Shown here in pieces: positions 10,286 to 20,479 of a DNA stretch of 64,000 nt. The translations under genes were made by a program, and so were the position numbers. Within the stretch, counting starts at the first letter, position 1, and every line of letters starts with the position of its first letter. The stretch comes from an uncultured delta proteobacterium (lineage in GTDB: Bacteria > Desulfobacterota > Syntrophia > Syntrophales > Smithellaceae), in the NCBI GenBank assembly GCA_963753975.1, contig CAVWEH010000004.1, positions 224,001-288,000 on the forward strand, read 5' to 3'. Under the pieces are notes generated by a model. The model was given only the letters and a program-made list of their open reading frames with translations, ran no database searches and had not been told where the DNA came from.

Positions 10286-11274
10286 TTGCCCTCCTCCACT
10301 TTCAACACCATGTGCGTCCAGGATAGCCCGGCGCCTACTATAGCCATGGCAATGCGATCGCCGGCTTTAATTTCATCCCAATGCATACTTAAGGTAGCGG
10401 GCGCGCTGCAACAGCCTGTATTGCCGAACTGATCAACATTATACCAATGGTGCTCAGGATTTATTCCTCTTCTCTCGCTGACACCTTTAAGCATTAATAA
10501 GTTAGCTTGATGACCTATAAATATAAAGCGTTTAGCCTCTGCCGCGAAGGCCTCCTGCAAAATTTTTACGGATTCCGTCGTCTGCCGAATGGCAAAACCC
10601 TGCACAGCATTACCCTCCTGGTGAAAATTCCAATTCCACGTGATTCCTACTTTTTCCCACGCGGAAGGACGGGAATCAAAAATACAATTCATAAAAGCGG
10701 CACGCGAAGGAATTTTCGTAGAAACTATCGCGGCAGCACTGCCATCCCCGAAAAGAACCGCTACACTACGGTCAGTATAGTCGACAGCTTTCGTCAGCGT
10801 TTCCGAGTCCACCAGCAATATATAAGGCGGAAGGCTATCCGGTTGCATTCGGGATAGAAAATTGATTTGCATCCCAAAAGTAGAGCAGGCTGAATTCATA
10901 TCGAGAGAAGGCACTTCAATGCCCAGTTCTGTAGCAATTGCTGAAGCTTCAGCCGGCGAGATGTTATCCGGCGATGAAGACCCGGCAATAACCATTCCGA
11001 TATCTTCAGGCTTTAGTGAAGCTCTTTTAAGCGCGAGTCTCGCGGCTTCCGCTCCCATTTGCGCATTTTTATAAAGTCTGGCTTCAAAGGCTGCGCGCGG
11101 GTCCCTGTTTTTAGTTTTTTTAATATAGTCCAGAGGTAATACTGTCCGGCGATTTTCGATACCCACACGCTCCAAAATCCATTCGTTATTTGTGCCGATA
11201 TCCAAATCTTCCAAAAATTTGTTCGTAATAATATTTTCCGGATTAAAATGTCCCATGGAGTGAAGATAAAGCAT
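10282..11274 (-). CDS. fabH: 3-oxoacyl-ACP synthase III family
   Basis: NSACS, LFGDG, GHQAN and FGNTG (Cys-His-Asn triad), VGAGLSW. Confidence 0.9.
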   Translation of the reverse strand: MLYLHSMGHFNPENIITNKFLEDLDIGTNNEWILERVGIENRRTVLPLDYIKKTKNRDPRAAFEARLYKNAQMGAEAARLALKRASLKPEDIGMVIAGSSSPDNISPAEASAIATELGIEVPSLDMNSACSTFGMQINFLSRMQPDSLPPYILLVDSETLTKAVDYTDRSVAVLFGDGSAAAIVSTKIPSRAAFMNCIFDSRPSAWEKVGITWNWNFHQEGNAVQGFAIRQTTESVKILQEAFAAEAKRFIFIGHQANLLMLKGVSERRGINPEHHWYNVDQFGNTGCCSAPATLSMHWDEIKAGDRIAMAIVGAGLSWTHMVLKVEEGK

Positions 11275-11276
11275 TT

Positions 11277-12476
11277 CTAAACAATCTCCCGTCCGATAAT
11301 CATATTTTGCACTTCGCGCACACCCTCGTAAATATCAATGATATGCGCGTCGCGTGCGAGCTTGGAAATTTCGTACTCGGCGGTAAAACCATAACCGCCA
11401 TGTAAATGAAGCCCTTCCGCTGTACAAAAGAGGGCGGCTTCTGCGGCTGCGTTTTTGGCTAAAGAAGCATAAATACCGGCGTCCGCGGCTTTTTCCTTAA
11501 TTTTACAGACCGCCTTCAAAAGAGCGAGTTCCGCCAGTTCCACTTTTTTCCACATGGTTGTGATCATGTCTCTGGCCACGGGAAGATCGCAAATTCTCTG
11601 ACCAAATTGCTTGCGTTCCCTCGTATAATCCAAAGTAACCGCCAAGGCCCTTTTGGCCAATCCTAAACCGATCGCGGCCACCATGGGCCGGGCGTAATCC
11701 AAAACATCGATAATATATTTAAAACCGAAACGCCGGTCTCCGATAATCTGCTGCGGCTGGATAATTACATCTTCAAAAGTGACACTGGCCGTGTTGGAAA
11801 GACGTTGTCCTAATTTATCTTCCGGCTTGCCGATAATTATTTTACCGCCTGTCGGCAGCGTAATTTCCCTTGTTGCCTGCCCGATATCGGGAATTTCTTT
11901 TGCCGTTACAGGCTCTACCGGAATAACAACACAGGCCATAAAATTGCTCGTCGATTTTCCTACTTTGCAGATAACGGTATATTGGGAAGCATAGGAAGCA
12001 TTGGTTATAAAGCACTTGGAACCGTTCAAAACATAGGAGCCGTCATCCTTTTTGACGATAAAGCTCGTCATCATCGAATTATCCGAACCCGCGTTAGGTT
12101 CCGTTAAACAAAAAGAAGCCAAAAGAGGCTTTTCTACAAAAGGTTTAAGAAATAATTCTTTTTGCTCATCTGTGCCATGCTGGCCGATTACAACATTAGC
12201 CAAATCATTACACATCGCGGAAGTGGAGATGCCTGTGTCGCCGTAAGAGAGCTCTTCGATAATCAGAGCCGATGAAATAACGTCAACCTCAAATCCCTTG
12301 ATGGCTTCCGGGATGCACAAATTAATGATCCCCATTTCCCAGGCTTTGTTAATAATCGCCCAGGGGAATTTATGAGCCTTTTCCATCTCCAAAATGTAAG
12401 GTGTTATTCCATTTTTTACCAATTTCCTCACAGTATCTAAATACGCGAGTTGATTCTCATTAAGACTAAAATCCAT
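11277..12476 (-). CDS. Acyl-CoA/acyl-ACP dehydrogenase family protein
   Basis: FCLTEPNAGSD, LNGSKCFITNA, RKQFG, LHGGYG, IYEG. Confidence 0.92.
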   Translation of the reverse strand: MDFSLNENQLAYLDTVRKLVKNGITPYILEMEKAHKFPWAIINKAWEMGIINLCIPEAIKGFEVDVISSALIIEELSYGDTGISTSAMCNDLANVVIGQHGTDEQKELFLKPFVEKPLLASFCLTEPNAGSDNSMMTSFIVKKDDGSYVLNGSKCFITNASYASQYTVICKVGKSTSNFMACVVIPVEPVTAKEIPDIGQATREITLPTGGKIIIGKPEDKLGQRLSNTASVTFEDVIIQPQQIIGDRRFGFKYIIDVLDYARPMVAAIGLGLAKRALAVTLDYTRERKQFGQRICDLPVARDMITTMWKKVELAELALLKAVCKIKEKAADAGIYASLAKNAAAEAALFCTAEGLHLHGGYGFTAEYEISKLARDAHIIDIYEGVREVQNMIIGREIV

Positions 12477-12573
12477 AAACCAAACCTTTCATTTCGCTTT
12501 CTAGATATAAATTTACAGGACAATGCCTTTGAGGCAGTCTTTTTTCAAAAAAAGAACCTTAATTATTGCCCCT

Positions 12574-14025
12574 TCATGCAGCAACTTTTTTTCCGGGGAA
12601 TTTTTCAACTCCCGCACTTGCCGGCGAATTGATTCCATATTTCGTCTGCAGAAATTTTTCCATAGTTGCGGGATATAAGATATATGCAAGCACGTCTTCA
12701 TCGCTACGGGCAAGGCCGCCAATGCGTTTTTTTGCCGCTTCGATTTCCGGTTCCAGATAATCAGCAGGTCTTCCGGAAACCGGCTCCTGTCCATGCTTGT
12801 AATTCTTTAGTATCTTTTTGGTCAATTCCGGATCAATGGACACCGGAGTTTTTCCGTATAGTCCCAAAACCAGATCTTTAAGCTGGTTAGATACCCGAAC
12901 ATAACGGCCAAAAAGTACATTTAACACGGCTTGTGCTCCGATAATTTGCGATACTGGAGTAACCAAGGGTGGATAACCCATGTCTTTGCGCGTTTGAACT
13001 ACTTCTATGTAAATTTCTCCCAATCGGTCAAGGGCGTTCATTTCTTTTAGTTGGCCGGTTAAATTGGAAATCATTCCGCCGGGAATTTGATGGGCAAGAA
13101 CTCCGTTATCGATAATCGAGAGTTTATGATTCGCCAGATGATGATTATATTTCGGAGCAATATTTTCCAGGTGTTCACCCAGCACCAGCAGTTTGTGTAA
13201 ATCCATTCCGGTCGCACGCTCAGTTCCCTGAAGGGCCGCAACCAGCGGCTCAATGGCCGGCATCGATGTTCTCAGCGCAAAAGGCGCGAGACATGTATCG
13301 ACAACATCAACTCCGGCTTCTATTGCTTTTAAATATGTCATGGAGGCCATGCCGCTGGTGTAATGGGTATGCAAATGCAGGGGCACATTGATTTCTTTTT
13401 TTAAAGCGAAAATCAGATCATAGGCGTCAAAAGGGGAAAGCAGCCCTGCCATATCTTTAATGCAGACAGCGTCCGCGCCCATTTTCTCCAGTTCTTTAGC
13501 TTTCGCCACGTAATAATCAAGGTTATAAACTTCACCACCCAGACGAACATCCGTCAATGAATAACAAACAGCTCCATGAAACTGTTTACCGTTGGTTTTG
13601 ATTCTTTCCGCGCAAGTCTCCATGTTGCGGAAATCATTTAAAGCGTCAAAACAACGGAAAATATCTATGCCGATTTCACAGGCTTTATCAACAAAAGCGC
13701 GGACAACATCATCGGCGTAATGACGGTAACCGACAAGATTTTGTCCGCGTATAAGCATGGCAAAGGGGGTTTTGGTGATATACTTTTTTAAAATCCTTGG
13801 TCTCATCCAGGGGTCCTCGCCCAAGAACCTATGCATTGTATCAAAGGTGGCGCCGCCCCATACTTCCATCGCATGAAAACCGCAATGGTCCATTTCTTCG
13901 GCTATGGGAAGCATATCTTCCGTTTTCATTCGCGTGGCATATATGGATTGATGGCCATCGCGAAAGGTATTATCCTGAATTTTTAGGGGATTCGTGGGAA
14001 CCTTTTTAAAACTGTTCAAAGTCAT
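12574..14025 (-). CDS. Carboxyltransferase of the pyruvate carboxylase subunit B / oxaloacetate decarboxylase alpha / transcarboxylase 5S family, lacking a biotinyl domain
   Basis: DNTFRDGHQS, EVWGGATFD, CIKDMAG, LHTH, HQIPGGM, GYPPLVTP; no EAMKM biotin motif. Confidence 0.92.
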   Translation of the reverse strand: MTLNSFKKVPTNPLKIQDNTFRDGHQSIYATRMKTEDMLPIAEEMDHCGFHAMEVWGGATFDTMHRFLGEDPWMRPRILKKYITKTPFAMLIRGQNLVGYRHYADDVVRAFVDKACEIGIDIFRCFDALNDFRNMETCAERIKTNGKQFHGAVCYSLTDVRLGGEVYNLDYYVAKAKELEKMGADAVCIKDMAGLLSPFDAYDLIFALKKEINVPLHLHTHYTSGMASMTYLKAIEAGVDVVDTCLAPFALRTSMPAIEPLVAALQGTERATGMDLHKLLVLGEHLENIAPKYNHHLANHKLSIIDNGVLAHQIPGGMISNLTGQLKEMNALDRLGEIYIEVVQTRKDMGYPPLVTPVSQIIGAQAVLNVLFGRYVRVSNQLKDLVLGLYGKTPVSIDPELTKKILKNYKHGQEPVSGRPADYLEPEIEAAKKRIGGLARSDEDVLAYILYPATMEKFLQTKYGINSPASAGVEKFPGKKVAA

Positions 14026-14073
14026 TCCTCCCTGTCAACGTTAGCGGGCATCTTCATATAAGCTGCACGCTTT

Positions 14074-15024
14074 TTAGTTTGTCGGGTTAAAATTCTTTTC
14101 AGCTGCTGCGAGCCCGGTAATCGCTTGGCAGGTTACGCCTATTGTTTTGAAAAAATCACGCAGCGGCCGGCCCGGACCAACTTCATAAACTTCCGTGGCC
14201 TTGGCGGCTAAACTTTGCATGTTTTCCCGCCAGCGTACGGTATTACTAATTTGATTCACCAGATTCTCTCTTATTTTTTCAACATCGGCCGAATGAAATC
14301 CGCCGGTAAAATTTGATGTTACTTGAGAGGCATTGTGCGGTTTTATATTCTTGCCGACTTCTTTCAATGTATCGGAAAAAGCATTTTCTATTTTCTTCAT
14401 GAAGCGGCTATGGAACGGAGCACTCACATTCAGATGAACACAGCGAAAAGGTTTTGGAGAAGCCAGCATTTGCTCCAATCTTTTTTCCACTTCTTTTACG
14501 GCGGAAGTTCTGCCGCTTATTACAACCTGATGGGCGGAATTAACATTCGCCATATCTACCGGCATGTCTTCCATTAACTTCTTCAACGTATCAATATCTA
14601 TATCTTCGGAAATAACCGCGGCCATGGCCCCTGCGCCAACCGGTACAGCTTCCTGCATCAATTTTCCGCGGGTTTGAACTATTTTTAGAGTTTCATCCAT
14701 AGGCATCACCCCGGCGGCAACAAGTGCGGTAAATTCTCCTAAAGAATGGCCGCCAAAAAATTTAGGCGTAAAGCCATATCGATGGGCTAATCCCCTCAGC
14801 ATGGCTATTTCCGTTGTTACGATGCAAGGCTGAGTATATTCCGTTAGATTTAATCTTTCATCTTCATCAAAACACAGGGAAGATACATCCCAACCCAGGG
14901 TATCGGAAGCCTCTTCATATGTCTGGCGGCAGACAGAAATTTGTTCATAAAAGTCTTTCCCCATACCCGGCCTCTGCGAACCCTGCCCGGGAAAAACAAC
15001 CGCTATATCTTCAAAATCTTTCAT
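14074..15024 (-). CDS. fabD: Malonyl-CoA:ACP transacylase
   Basis: FPGQGSQ, GHSLGE, VSAPFHS, EVGPG. Confidence 0.95.
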   Translation of the reverse strand: MKDFEDIAVVFPGQGSQRPGMGKDFYEQISVCRQTYEEASDTLGWDVSSLCFDEDERLNLTEYTQPCIVTTEIAMLRGLAHRYGFTPKFFGGHSLGEFTALVAAGVMPMDETLKIVQTRGKLMQEAVPVGAGAMAAVISEDIDIDTLKKLMEDMPVDMANVNSAHQVVISGRTSAVKEVEKRLEQMLASPKPFRCVHLNVSAPFHSRFMKKIENAFSDTLKEVGKNIKPHNASQVTSNFTGGFHSADVEKIRENLVNQISNTVRWRENMQSLAAKATEVYEVGPGRPLRDFFKTIGVTCQAITGLAAAEKNFNPTN

Positions 15025-15107
15025 TTATCAACTTTTCCCCTTTAAAAAGCACTAAGCAAACTTATCTTAAAATACATTTAATGACAAGAATAAGATACTA
15101 AGTAAAC

Positions 15108-15123
15108 AGCACAATTTATGCCA
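15108..15123 (-). promoter_or_regulatory. Putative sigma54 (-24/-12) promoter of the fab-like operon
   Basis: Minus strand reads TGGCATAAATTGTGCT = GG-N10-GC, about 85 nt upstream of the fabD start. Confidence 0.7.
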
Positions 15124-15217
15124 CAGACCAGGAAAATATTATAAAATTGAAGGAATTGGGATTTATTGTGTTTTTGATAAATATCCCGGGGGATAGAAAT
15201 AAAAACGCCATTTAATG

Positions 15218-15254
15218 TGCGTAAAATAGTTCACACTGCGAACAGGACTTCACC
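15218..15254. promoter_or_regulatory. Putative tandem enhancer-binding-protein sites
   Basis: Two adjacent imperfect palindromes, TGCGTAAAATAGTTCACA and TGCGAACAGGACTTCACC, about 95-130 nt upstream of the sigma54 motif. Confidence 0.45.
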
Positions 15255-15497
15255 TGCAAAAATTGATGTTAAATAATTTATCCAACGGCCAAAAAGGAAT
15301 AATTGTTCCATTAAATTATTGTTATCAATGATAATTTAAGATGGAGACGCTCTGAGAGTACCCCAATATTGTTGTAGAATTTGGTCAAAAATATTGATAA
15401 GCATTATTTCAGATCATTGGGTATTTACGGGAACATCACATTTTTCTGTTATTGTTTGTTTTAAAAAAACCGGCGTGATGAAGAAGAGGAGCAAATT

Positions 15498-15908
15498 ATG
15501 AAAATAACACTAATACTGACAGTAGCTCTCTTTCTAATCGGATGCGCGGCACGGTCGCAAAGTCCCGTCCTCTATCCTAATAATCATTTAAAAAACGTCG
15601 GAGGACCTCAAGCGCAAAAAGATATCGAGGAATGTTCACATATGGCCGAATTCTATGTCAAAGCTAATCCGGGAGCCAAGGTAGTAGGGGACACAATCGT
15701 CGGCGGCGCCGGCGGTGCAGTTGTGGGAGGAGCGGTGGTAGCCGTGACCGGAGATCTCGCCAGAGGCGTGTCAATAGGCGCGGCGGCTGGAGCGGCAAGC
15801 GGCCTTGTCCGTGGCATTTACAGAACTTCCAAACCCAGTCCTGTCTACAAAGCATTCGTGAATCACTGCCTTAGAGAAAAAGGTTATGACCCTATAGGAT
15901 GGGAATAA
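15498..15908 (+). CDS. Glycine-zipper lipoprotein
   Basis: Lipobox LIGC, GGAGGAVVGGAV...GAAAGAASG glycine zipper, C-terminal CLREKGY. Confidence 0.8.
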   Translation: MKITLILTVALFLIGCAARSQSPVLYPNNHLKNVGGPQAQKDIEECSHMAEFYVKANPGAKVVGDTIVGGAGGAVVGGAVVAVTGDLARGVSIGAAAGAASGLVRGIYRTSKPSPVYKAFVNHCLREKGYDPIGWE

Positions 15909-15986
15909 AATTTCATTGGTCAATCAGGATACGGATTAATATCGGATTAAACCGACATTGTTAATATCATCTTTACGAAAGCGGAT

Positions 15987-17507
15987 ATGGATACATTTAC
16001 TCTTGCGGCAACCAGCTTTATCATTGCTTTTTCACTCATGCTTACCAGTAAAAAAGATAAGCTGCATGGGTCTTTTGCCGCTCTTTGCACCACTATTTTT
16101 ATTTTGCAAATCGCCGCTTTCCTCCGCCCTATCTTCGCTTCCGAATTTTGGATAAACGTTGAATATATGGGAAGCTTGGTCATCGCGCCTTTTGCTCTTC
16201 GCTTTTTCCGCCATCTGACCCGCAACAGATCTTTTATTTCCCGGGGAATGGTTTTTATTTTCACTTTAATAAGTTTATCGGGTCTTTTTTCCCTCGTTAC
16301 AAAGTTATCTGAATCGCCGCATTTTAAAACCATCATTTTATCTTACACATTCGGCACTCTGGCACTCTGCTATATCGCCCTCTGGCGTCATGTAAGCAAA
16401 CTGCCTCCCAGCACCGAAAAAAAACGCTTGGGGTACCTGGTCGTTGCTTGTCCCCTCGCGGTAATAGTAAGCACTATTGATCTATTCGTTTATTTAGGAT
16501 TCAACTTTCCCCCGATAACCGGTCTGGTTCTATCAGCCTTACTTTATCTGATTTTATTAATCATTGCTTATCCGCAGCTGCATGAATTGCATGATTTTTT
16601 CGCCCGGGCACTCGTAATTTTTATCAGCACGCTTGCCGGCACGATTATATTTTATTTTGTTGCCTTATTTTTCAGCTCCAACATACCTTCTGTTACCAGC
16701 GCGCTTATGGCTTCTTTTTTAATCGTTATTTCCCTTTCACCGATAAAAATGATTTTGAAAAAAAGTTTTAGCTACTTTTATCCCGACAGCAAAGATGTTT
16801 TTACTTCTCTTTATGAATTCGACGAAAAGCTGGAAAGGGAAAAAGCCTTGATGTTAGCGGAAATGGCACCGGTTTTCGCTCATGAAATTCGCAATCCGCT
16901 GGGTTCGATAAAAGGCGCTGCCCAATACTTAAAATCGGAAACACCATCTCCCGAGCAACAAAACCTTCTGGATGTCATTATTGAAGAAGTAAACAGGCTC
17001 AATGCCGTAGTCAATCAATTTCTTGATTACGCCCGGCCCTACAAGCTCGCTCTTAAAGCTCAAAGCATCAGCGTGATTATTCAAAAGGCTATCTCCATCA
17101 TCGCGGTCAATCGGCTGGCGGAAAATATTGCAATTGTCCGGGAGTTGAATCACAACTTACCCGAAGTGGCAGTAGACGAACAACAATTTATGCAGGTCAT
17201 CTTAAATATAGCCTTAAACGCGATCGAATCCATGCCGCAGGGCGGCACTTTAACTTTTCGCACGTCTAACATCGAATCCGGAGCGGAAGGAGCAATAAGC
17301 ATAACAATTCGCGATACCGGAAGCGGAATAAGCAAAGAGGAAATAAAGAATATTTTCAAGCCATTTTTCACAACCAAGAAAAGAGGTGTTGGTCTTGGTC
17401 TGGCTATTTGCCAAAGAATCATTAAAGAGCACGGCGGCATCATCCGCGTAAAATCAATTCCTGCGCAAGGAACTGTATTCTTCATCAAGCTCAATGCAGC
17501 CGGCTGA
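15987..17507 (+). CDS. Membrane-bound sensor histidine kinase
   Basis: Multi-TM N-terminus; FAHEIRNPL H-box, NIALNA, DTGSG, FFTTK, GLGL. Confidence 0.95.
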   Translation: MDTFTLAATSFIIAFSLMLTSKKDKLHGSFAALCTTIFILQIAAFLRPIFASEFWINVEYMGSLVIAPFALRFFRHLTRNRSFISRGMVFIFTLISLSGLFSLVTKLSESPHFKTIILSYTFGTLALCYIALWRHVSKLPPSTEKKRLGYLVVACPLAVIVSTIDLFVYLGFNFPPITGLVLSALLYLILLIIAYPQLHELHDFFARALVIFISTLAGTIIFYFVALFFSSNIPSVTSALMASFLIVISLSPIKMILKKSFSYFYPDSKDVFTSLYEFDEKLEREKALMLAEMAPVFAHEIRNPLGSIKGAAQYLKSETPSPEQQNLLDVIIEEVNRLNAVVNQFLDYARPYKLALKAQSISVIIQKAISIIAVNRLAENIAIVRELNHNLPEVAVDEQQFMQVILNIALNAIESMPQGGTLTFRTSNIESGAEGAISITIRDTGSGISKEEIKNIFKPFFTTKKRGVGLGLAICQRIIKEHGGIIRVKSIPAQGTVFFIKLNAAG

Positions 17508-17561
17508 ATTTTAAATACAATCCAACTTGATTTAAATGCTAAAGCATAATAATTATAAACT

Positions 17562-18935
17562 ATGAATAAAATTTTAATCGTTGACGATGAATTAAATATG
17601 CGGTTGGTGTTGTCCGCCATGCTCAAAAAAGAAGGCTATGAAGTTGCTTCCGCCTCCGATGGGCGCGAAGCTCTGCAAATTTTAAAATCCGGTAAAATAG
17701 CTGCGGTAGTATCCGACTTGAAAATGCCGGACATTGACGGCATGGAACTGCTCAACCGTATTTCTGAAAAGTATCCGGAAGTACCTGTGATTATGATTAC
17801 CGCTCACGGCACTGTCGCCACTGCCGTCGAAGCTCTGAAGAAAGGCGCTTTGGATTACATTACCAAACCGTTTGATATAGATGAGTTAAAAAACGTTATC
17901 TCCAAAGCAATAAAAACACGCACTCTAAAAGAAAATGAATTGTTTTTGCCGCCGGAAGAAATAGAAAGAACGGGAATTATCGGCAAGAGCAAAAGTACTC
18001 TGGAGATATTCGAATCTATAAAGAGGGTGGCTCCGACGACGACGACCATCATGATCACCGGGGAGACCGGCACCGGAAAAGAGTTGGTGGCCGACGCCAT
18101 TCATTACAACTCTCCGCGCAAAAAAAATCCGCTCATCAAAATCAACTGCGCCGCCATTTCTGAAACTCTGATGGAAAGCGAATTATTTGGTTATGAAAAA
18201 GGGGCTTACACCGGCGCCGCCATTACCAAGCCGGGGAAATTCGAATTGGCCCATAAAGGGACTTTATTTCTTGACGAGGTGGGAGAAATTCCGCGCGATA
18301 TGCAGGTAAAACTCTTACGCGTTATTCAGGAGCAGGAATTTGAGCGGGTCGGCGGGCTAAAAACAATAAAAGTGGATGTGCGCATTATTGCCGCCACCAA
18401 TCAAAACCTTCTGCAGCAGGTGCAGGCGGGAAATTTTCGTGAAGATTTGTACTACCGCCTCAATGTTTTTCCTATTGACGTCCCACCCCTCAGGGAAAGA
18501 AAAGAAGACATCCTACCTCTCGTTGATTATTTCGTGGATAAATTTAATAAAAAGCTGGGGCTCTCTGTAGCTGTTGACGGCGAAGTAACGGAAATGCTTT
18601 TGCGTTATGAATGGCCGGGCAATATCCGCGAATTGGAAAACCTCATCGAAAGAATGATGCTTCTGGCAAAGAATAATCTGATTACGTCCCAGGAAGTTCC
18701 CGGCGAATTCAAGGCCGCTTTGGATAAAATAGTGACGGCACCGGCAGATGACAGCAAAAAACCGTTTAAAGACTATATGCGCGATCACGTGGAAAATGTA
18801 GAGAAACAAATGATTATTAAGTGCCTCGAGGAAGCCGGCGGCAATGTCACCAACGCAGCCAAACAACTGGGCCTTAGCCGCAAGGGATTGCAGTTAAAGA
18901 TGATTAAATACAACCTGCGCAAGGAATCAAAGTAA
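17562..18935 (+). CDS. Sigma54-dependent response regulator (NtrC/AtoC family)
   Basis: REC domain (DD, DLKMP), [14 protein letters not shown] loop, [10 protein letters not shown], Fis-type HTH. Confidence 0.96.
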   Translation: MNKILIVDDELNMRLVLSAMLKKEGYEVASASDGREALQILKSGKIAAVVSDLKMPDIDGMELLNRISEKYPEVPVIMITAHGTVATAVEALKKGALDYITKPFDIDELKNVISKAIKTRTLKENELFLPPEEIERTGIIGKSKSTLEIFESIKRVAPTTTTIMITGETGTGKELVADAIHYNSPRKKNPLIKINCAAISETLMESELFGYEKGAYTGAAITKPGKFELAHKGTLFLDEVGEIPRDMQVKLLRVIQEQEFERVGGLKTIKVDVRIIAATNQNLLQQVQAGNFREDLYYRLNVFPIDVPPLRERKEDILPLVDYFVDKFNKKLGLSVAVDGEVTEMLLRYEWPGNIRELENLIERMMLLAKNNLITSQEVPGEFKAALDKIVTAPADDSKKPFKDYMRDHVENVEKQMIIKCLEEAGGNVTNAAKQLGLSRKGLQLKMIKYNLRKESK

Positions 18936-18990
18936 AGCATAAGATGTGGCCCTTGGCAGTACGGCCTTTGATACACTTATCAATAGCCTG

Positions 18991-19830
18991 CTAACTTTTT
19001 CGTTCCTGCTCGATGAACTTAGTCGTATTGCGAAAACTGAATATGCCCGGTATAGTGAAATAATCCTTATACTTCTGTTTCAGCTCCGCTTGTTTTTCCG
19101 GCTTTCCGATAGCGTCGCCGATAGAAACAAAGTAATCCTTCATTGCGGCAAGAGCGTCCTGATCCGAAATTTTGCCATGCCCCGGAATTAAGGTTTTTAT
19201 TTTATAGCGGCTGGCGAGCGCATCAAGAACTCTTATCCAGGATGCTACGTTAGCGCCACTCTCGGCATGCAGGGCCGCGTGCATATCAACAAATACCAAA
19301 TCGCCGGTAACGAGGAGTTGGCGTTTTTCACAATAGACAACCACATCGTTCCACGTATGCGCCCTTCCCATATTGCGAATGCGTACAGTCTCCCTCCCCA
19401 TCTTAATTACTCTTTCCTCACCAGGTTTTAAAACCAGATCTGGATACCTGCTGGTTTTTCTGGAATCATTGTCCCACTCTTCCTTGGTGTACGCGCCGGA
19501 AATGATTTTTGCCGCTGGATAAAGCGCGTTCCCACCGGTATGATCGTAATGTGCGTGGGTATTGACAATTGTTATCTGCGCGGCTTTGACTTCATCTCTT
19601 AGTTCTTTTGCCGCCCTTCTCATCTTTGTATCAACAACAAGAGCTTTGGAGCCATCCTCGGAAGTCAAAACAATCGAGTTTCCTCCCCCGCCAAGATATA
19701 CCGTCAATTGCGGATCAAGCTGGATGGTCTCCACCTTTCCGAATTGCTGGTATATTTTCCAGAAATAGAAACCGCCTACAGCAATAATAATTGCTATTAA
19801 CAAACTGACGATAAGCAGAACCTTTTTCAT
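18991..19830 (-). CDS. MBL-fold metallo-hydrolase with N-terminal membrane anchor
   Basis: NTHAHYDHTGGN, AHT, TGDL, IPGHG. Confidence 0.9.
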   Translation of the reverse strand: MKKVLLIVSLLIAIIIAVGGFYFWKIYQQFGKVETIQLDPQLTVYLGGGGNSIVLTSEDGSKALVVDTKMRRAAKELRDEVKAAQITIVNTHAHYDHTGGNALYPAAKIISGAYTKEEWDNDSRKTSRYPDLVLKPGEERVIKMGRETVRIRNMGRAHTWNDVVVYCEKRQLLVTGDLVFVDMHAALHAESGANVASWIRVLDALASRYKIKTLIPGHGKISDQDALAAMKDYFVSIGDAIGKPEKQAELKQKYKDYFTIPGIFSFRNTTKFIEQERKS

Positions 19831-19990
19831 AATACCTCCTTAGAAAGTCAATAACGTGGTTATATAACTCCCCCACAATATTGTTGATTAATTTACTCTT
19901 TTGCTAACTCAGGCGAATACTAAAGATTACATGCCGTTATGTCAAGACAAAACCGCCCGGATAAGAACAGCAAAAGCTTTTCGGGTTAAG

Positions 19991-20355
19991 CGGCGGCCAA
20001 GGCCGCAAATTTCGATCTCGCCTGCCTCCTGCATATGGATAAGCCCTACTTCGAGCAGAAGATATGGCCACACATGTTCTATATGTCCGCCGATGCTCTC
20101 TGGCACTGGAAGATGAATGCGGCTCGCGCCATGGGCAATAGTCTCAAGCCTGTTTACGTTACCGACCTCATCCGGGCATTTAAAGAAATTCCCGATGACC
20201 GTGTAAAAAGTATGGTTGTGTGGGCATTGGGCCGCATCGGCGGAAGCAAAGCCAAAGCCGCACTGAAAAAGTTTCTCCCAGAAAGTGCGGGAGCAGTTAG
20301 GGAAGAAATTCAAGAAGCTATAGAAGCGTCAAAAAATAACATCCTGAACCGTTAA
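19991..20355 (+). pseudogene. 3' remnant of an epoxyqueuosine reductase (QueG)-like gene with HEAT-repeat tail
   Basis: FDLACLLHMDKPYF...WKMNAARAMGNS...VWALGRIGG resembles the QueG C-terminus; an in-frame TAA lies just upstream and no Fe-S domain is present. Confidence 0.6.
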
Positions 20356-20396
20356 ATCTTTCATTAATGCCGGCAATATATCTTGTTTTAATTTTC

Positions 20397-20425
20397 TTGA
20401 CACACGAGTGCCCCCTTCATATACT
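20397..20425 (+). promoter_or_regulatory. Putative sigma70 promoter
   Basis: TTGACA-N17-TATACT upstream of the 3-hydroxyacyl-CoA dehydrogenase gene. Confidence 0.6.
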
Positions 20426-20479
20426 CGGTAGACAAAATGCAGGGTCTTATCAAAAAATATGGAAAGGAGTTTTGAATCT

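Noticed and set aside
18201..18218. GAYTGA instead of GAFTGA as a sign of an inactive enhancer-binding protein
   Set aside because: F-to-Y is a known natural variant and is not enough to infer loss of sigma54 activation
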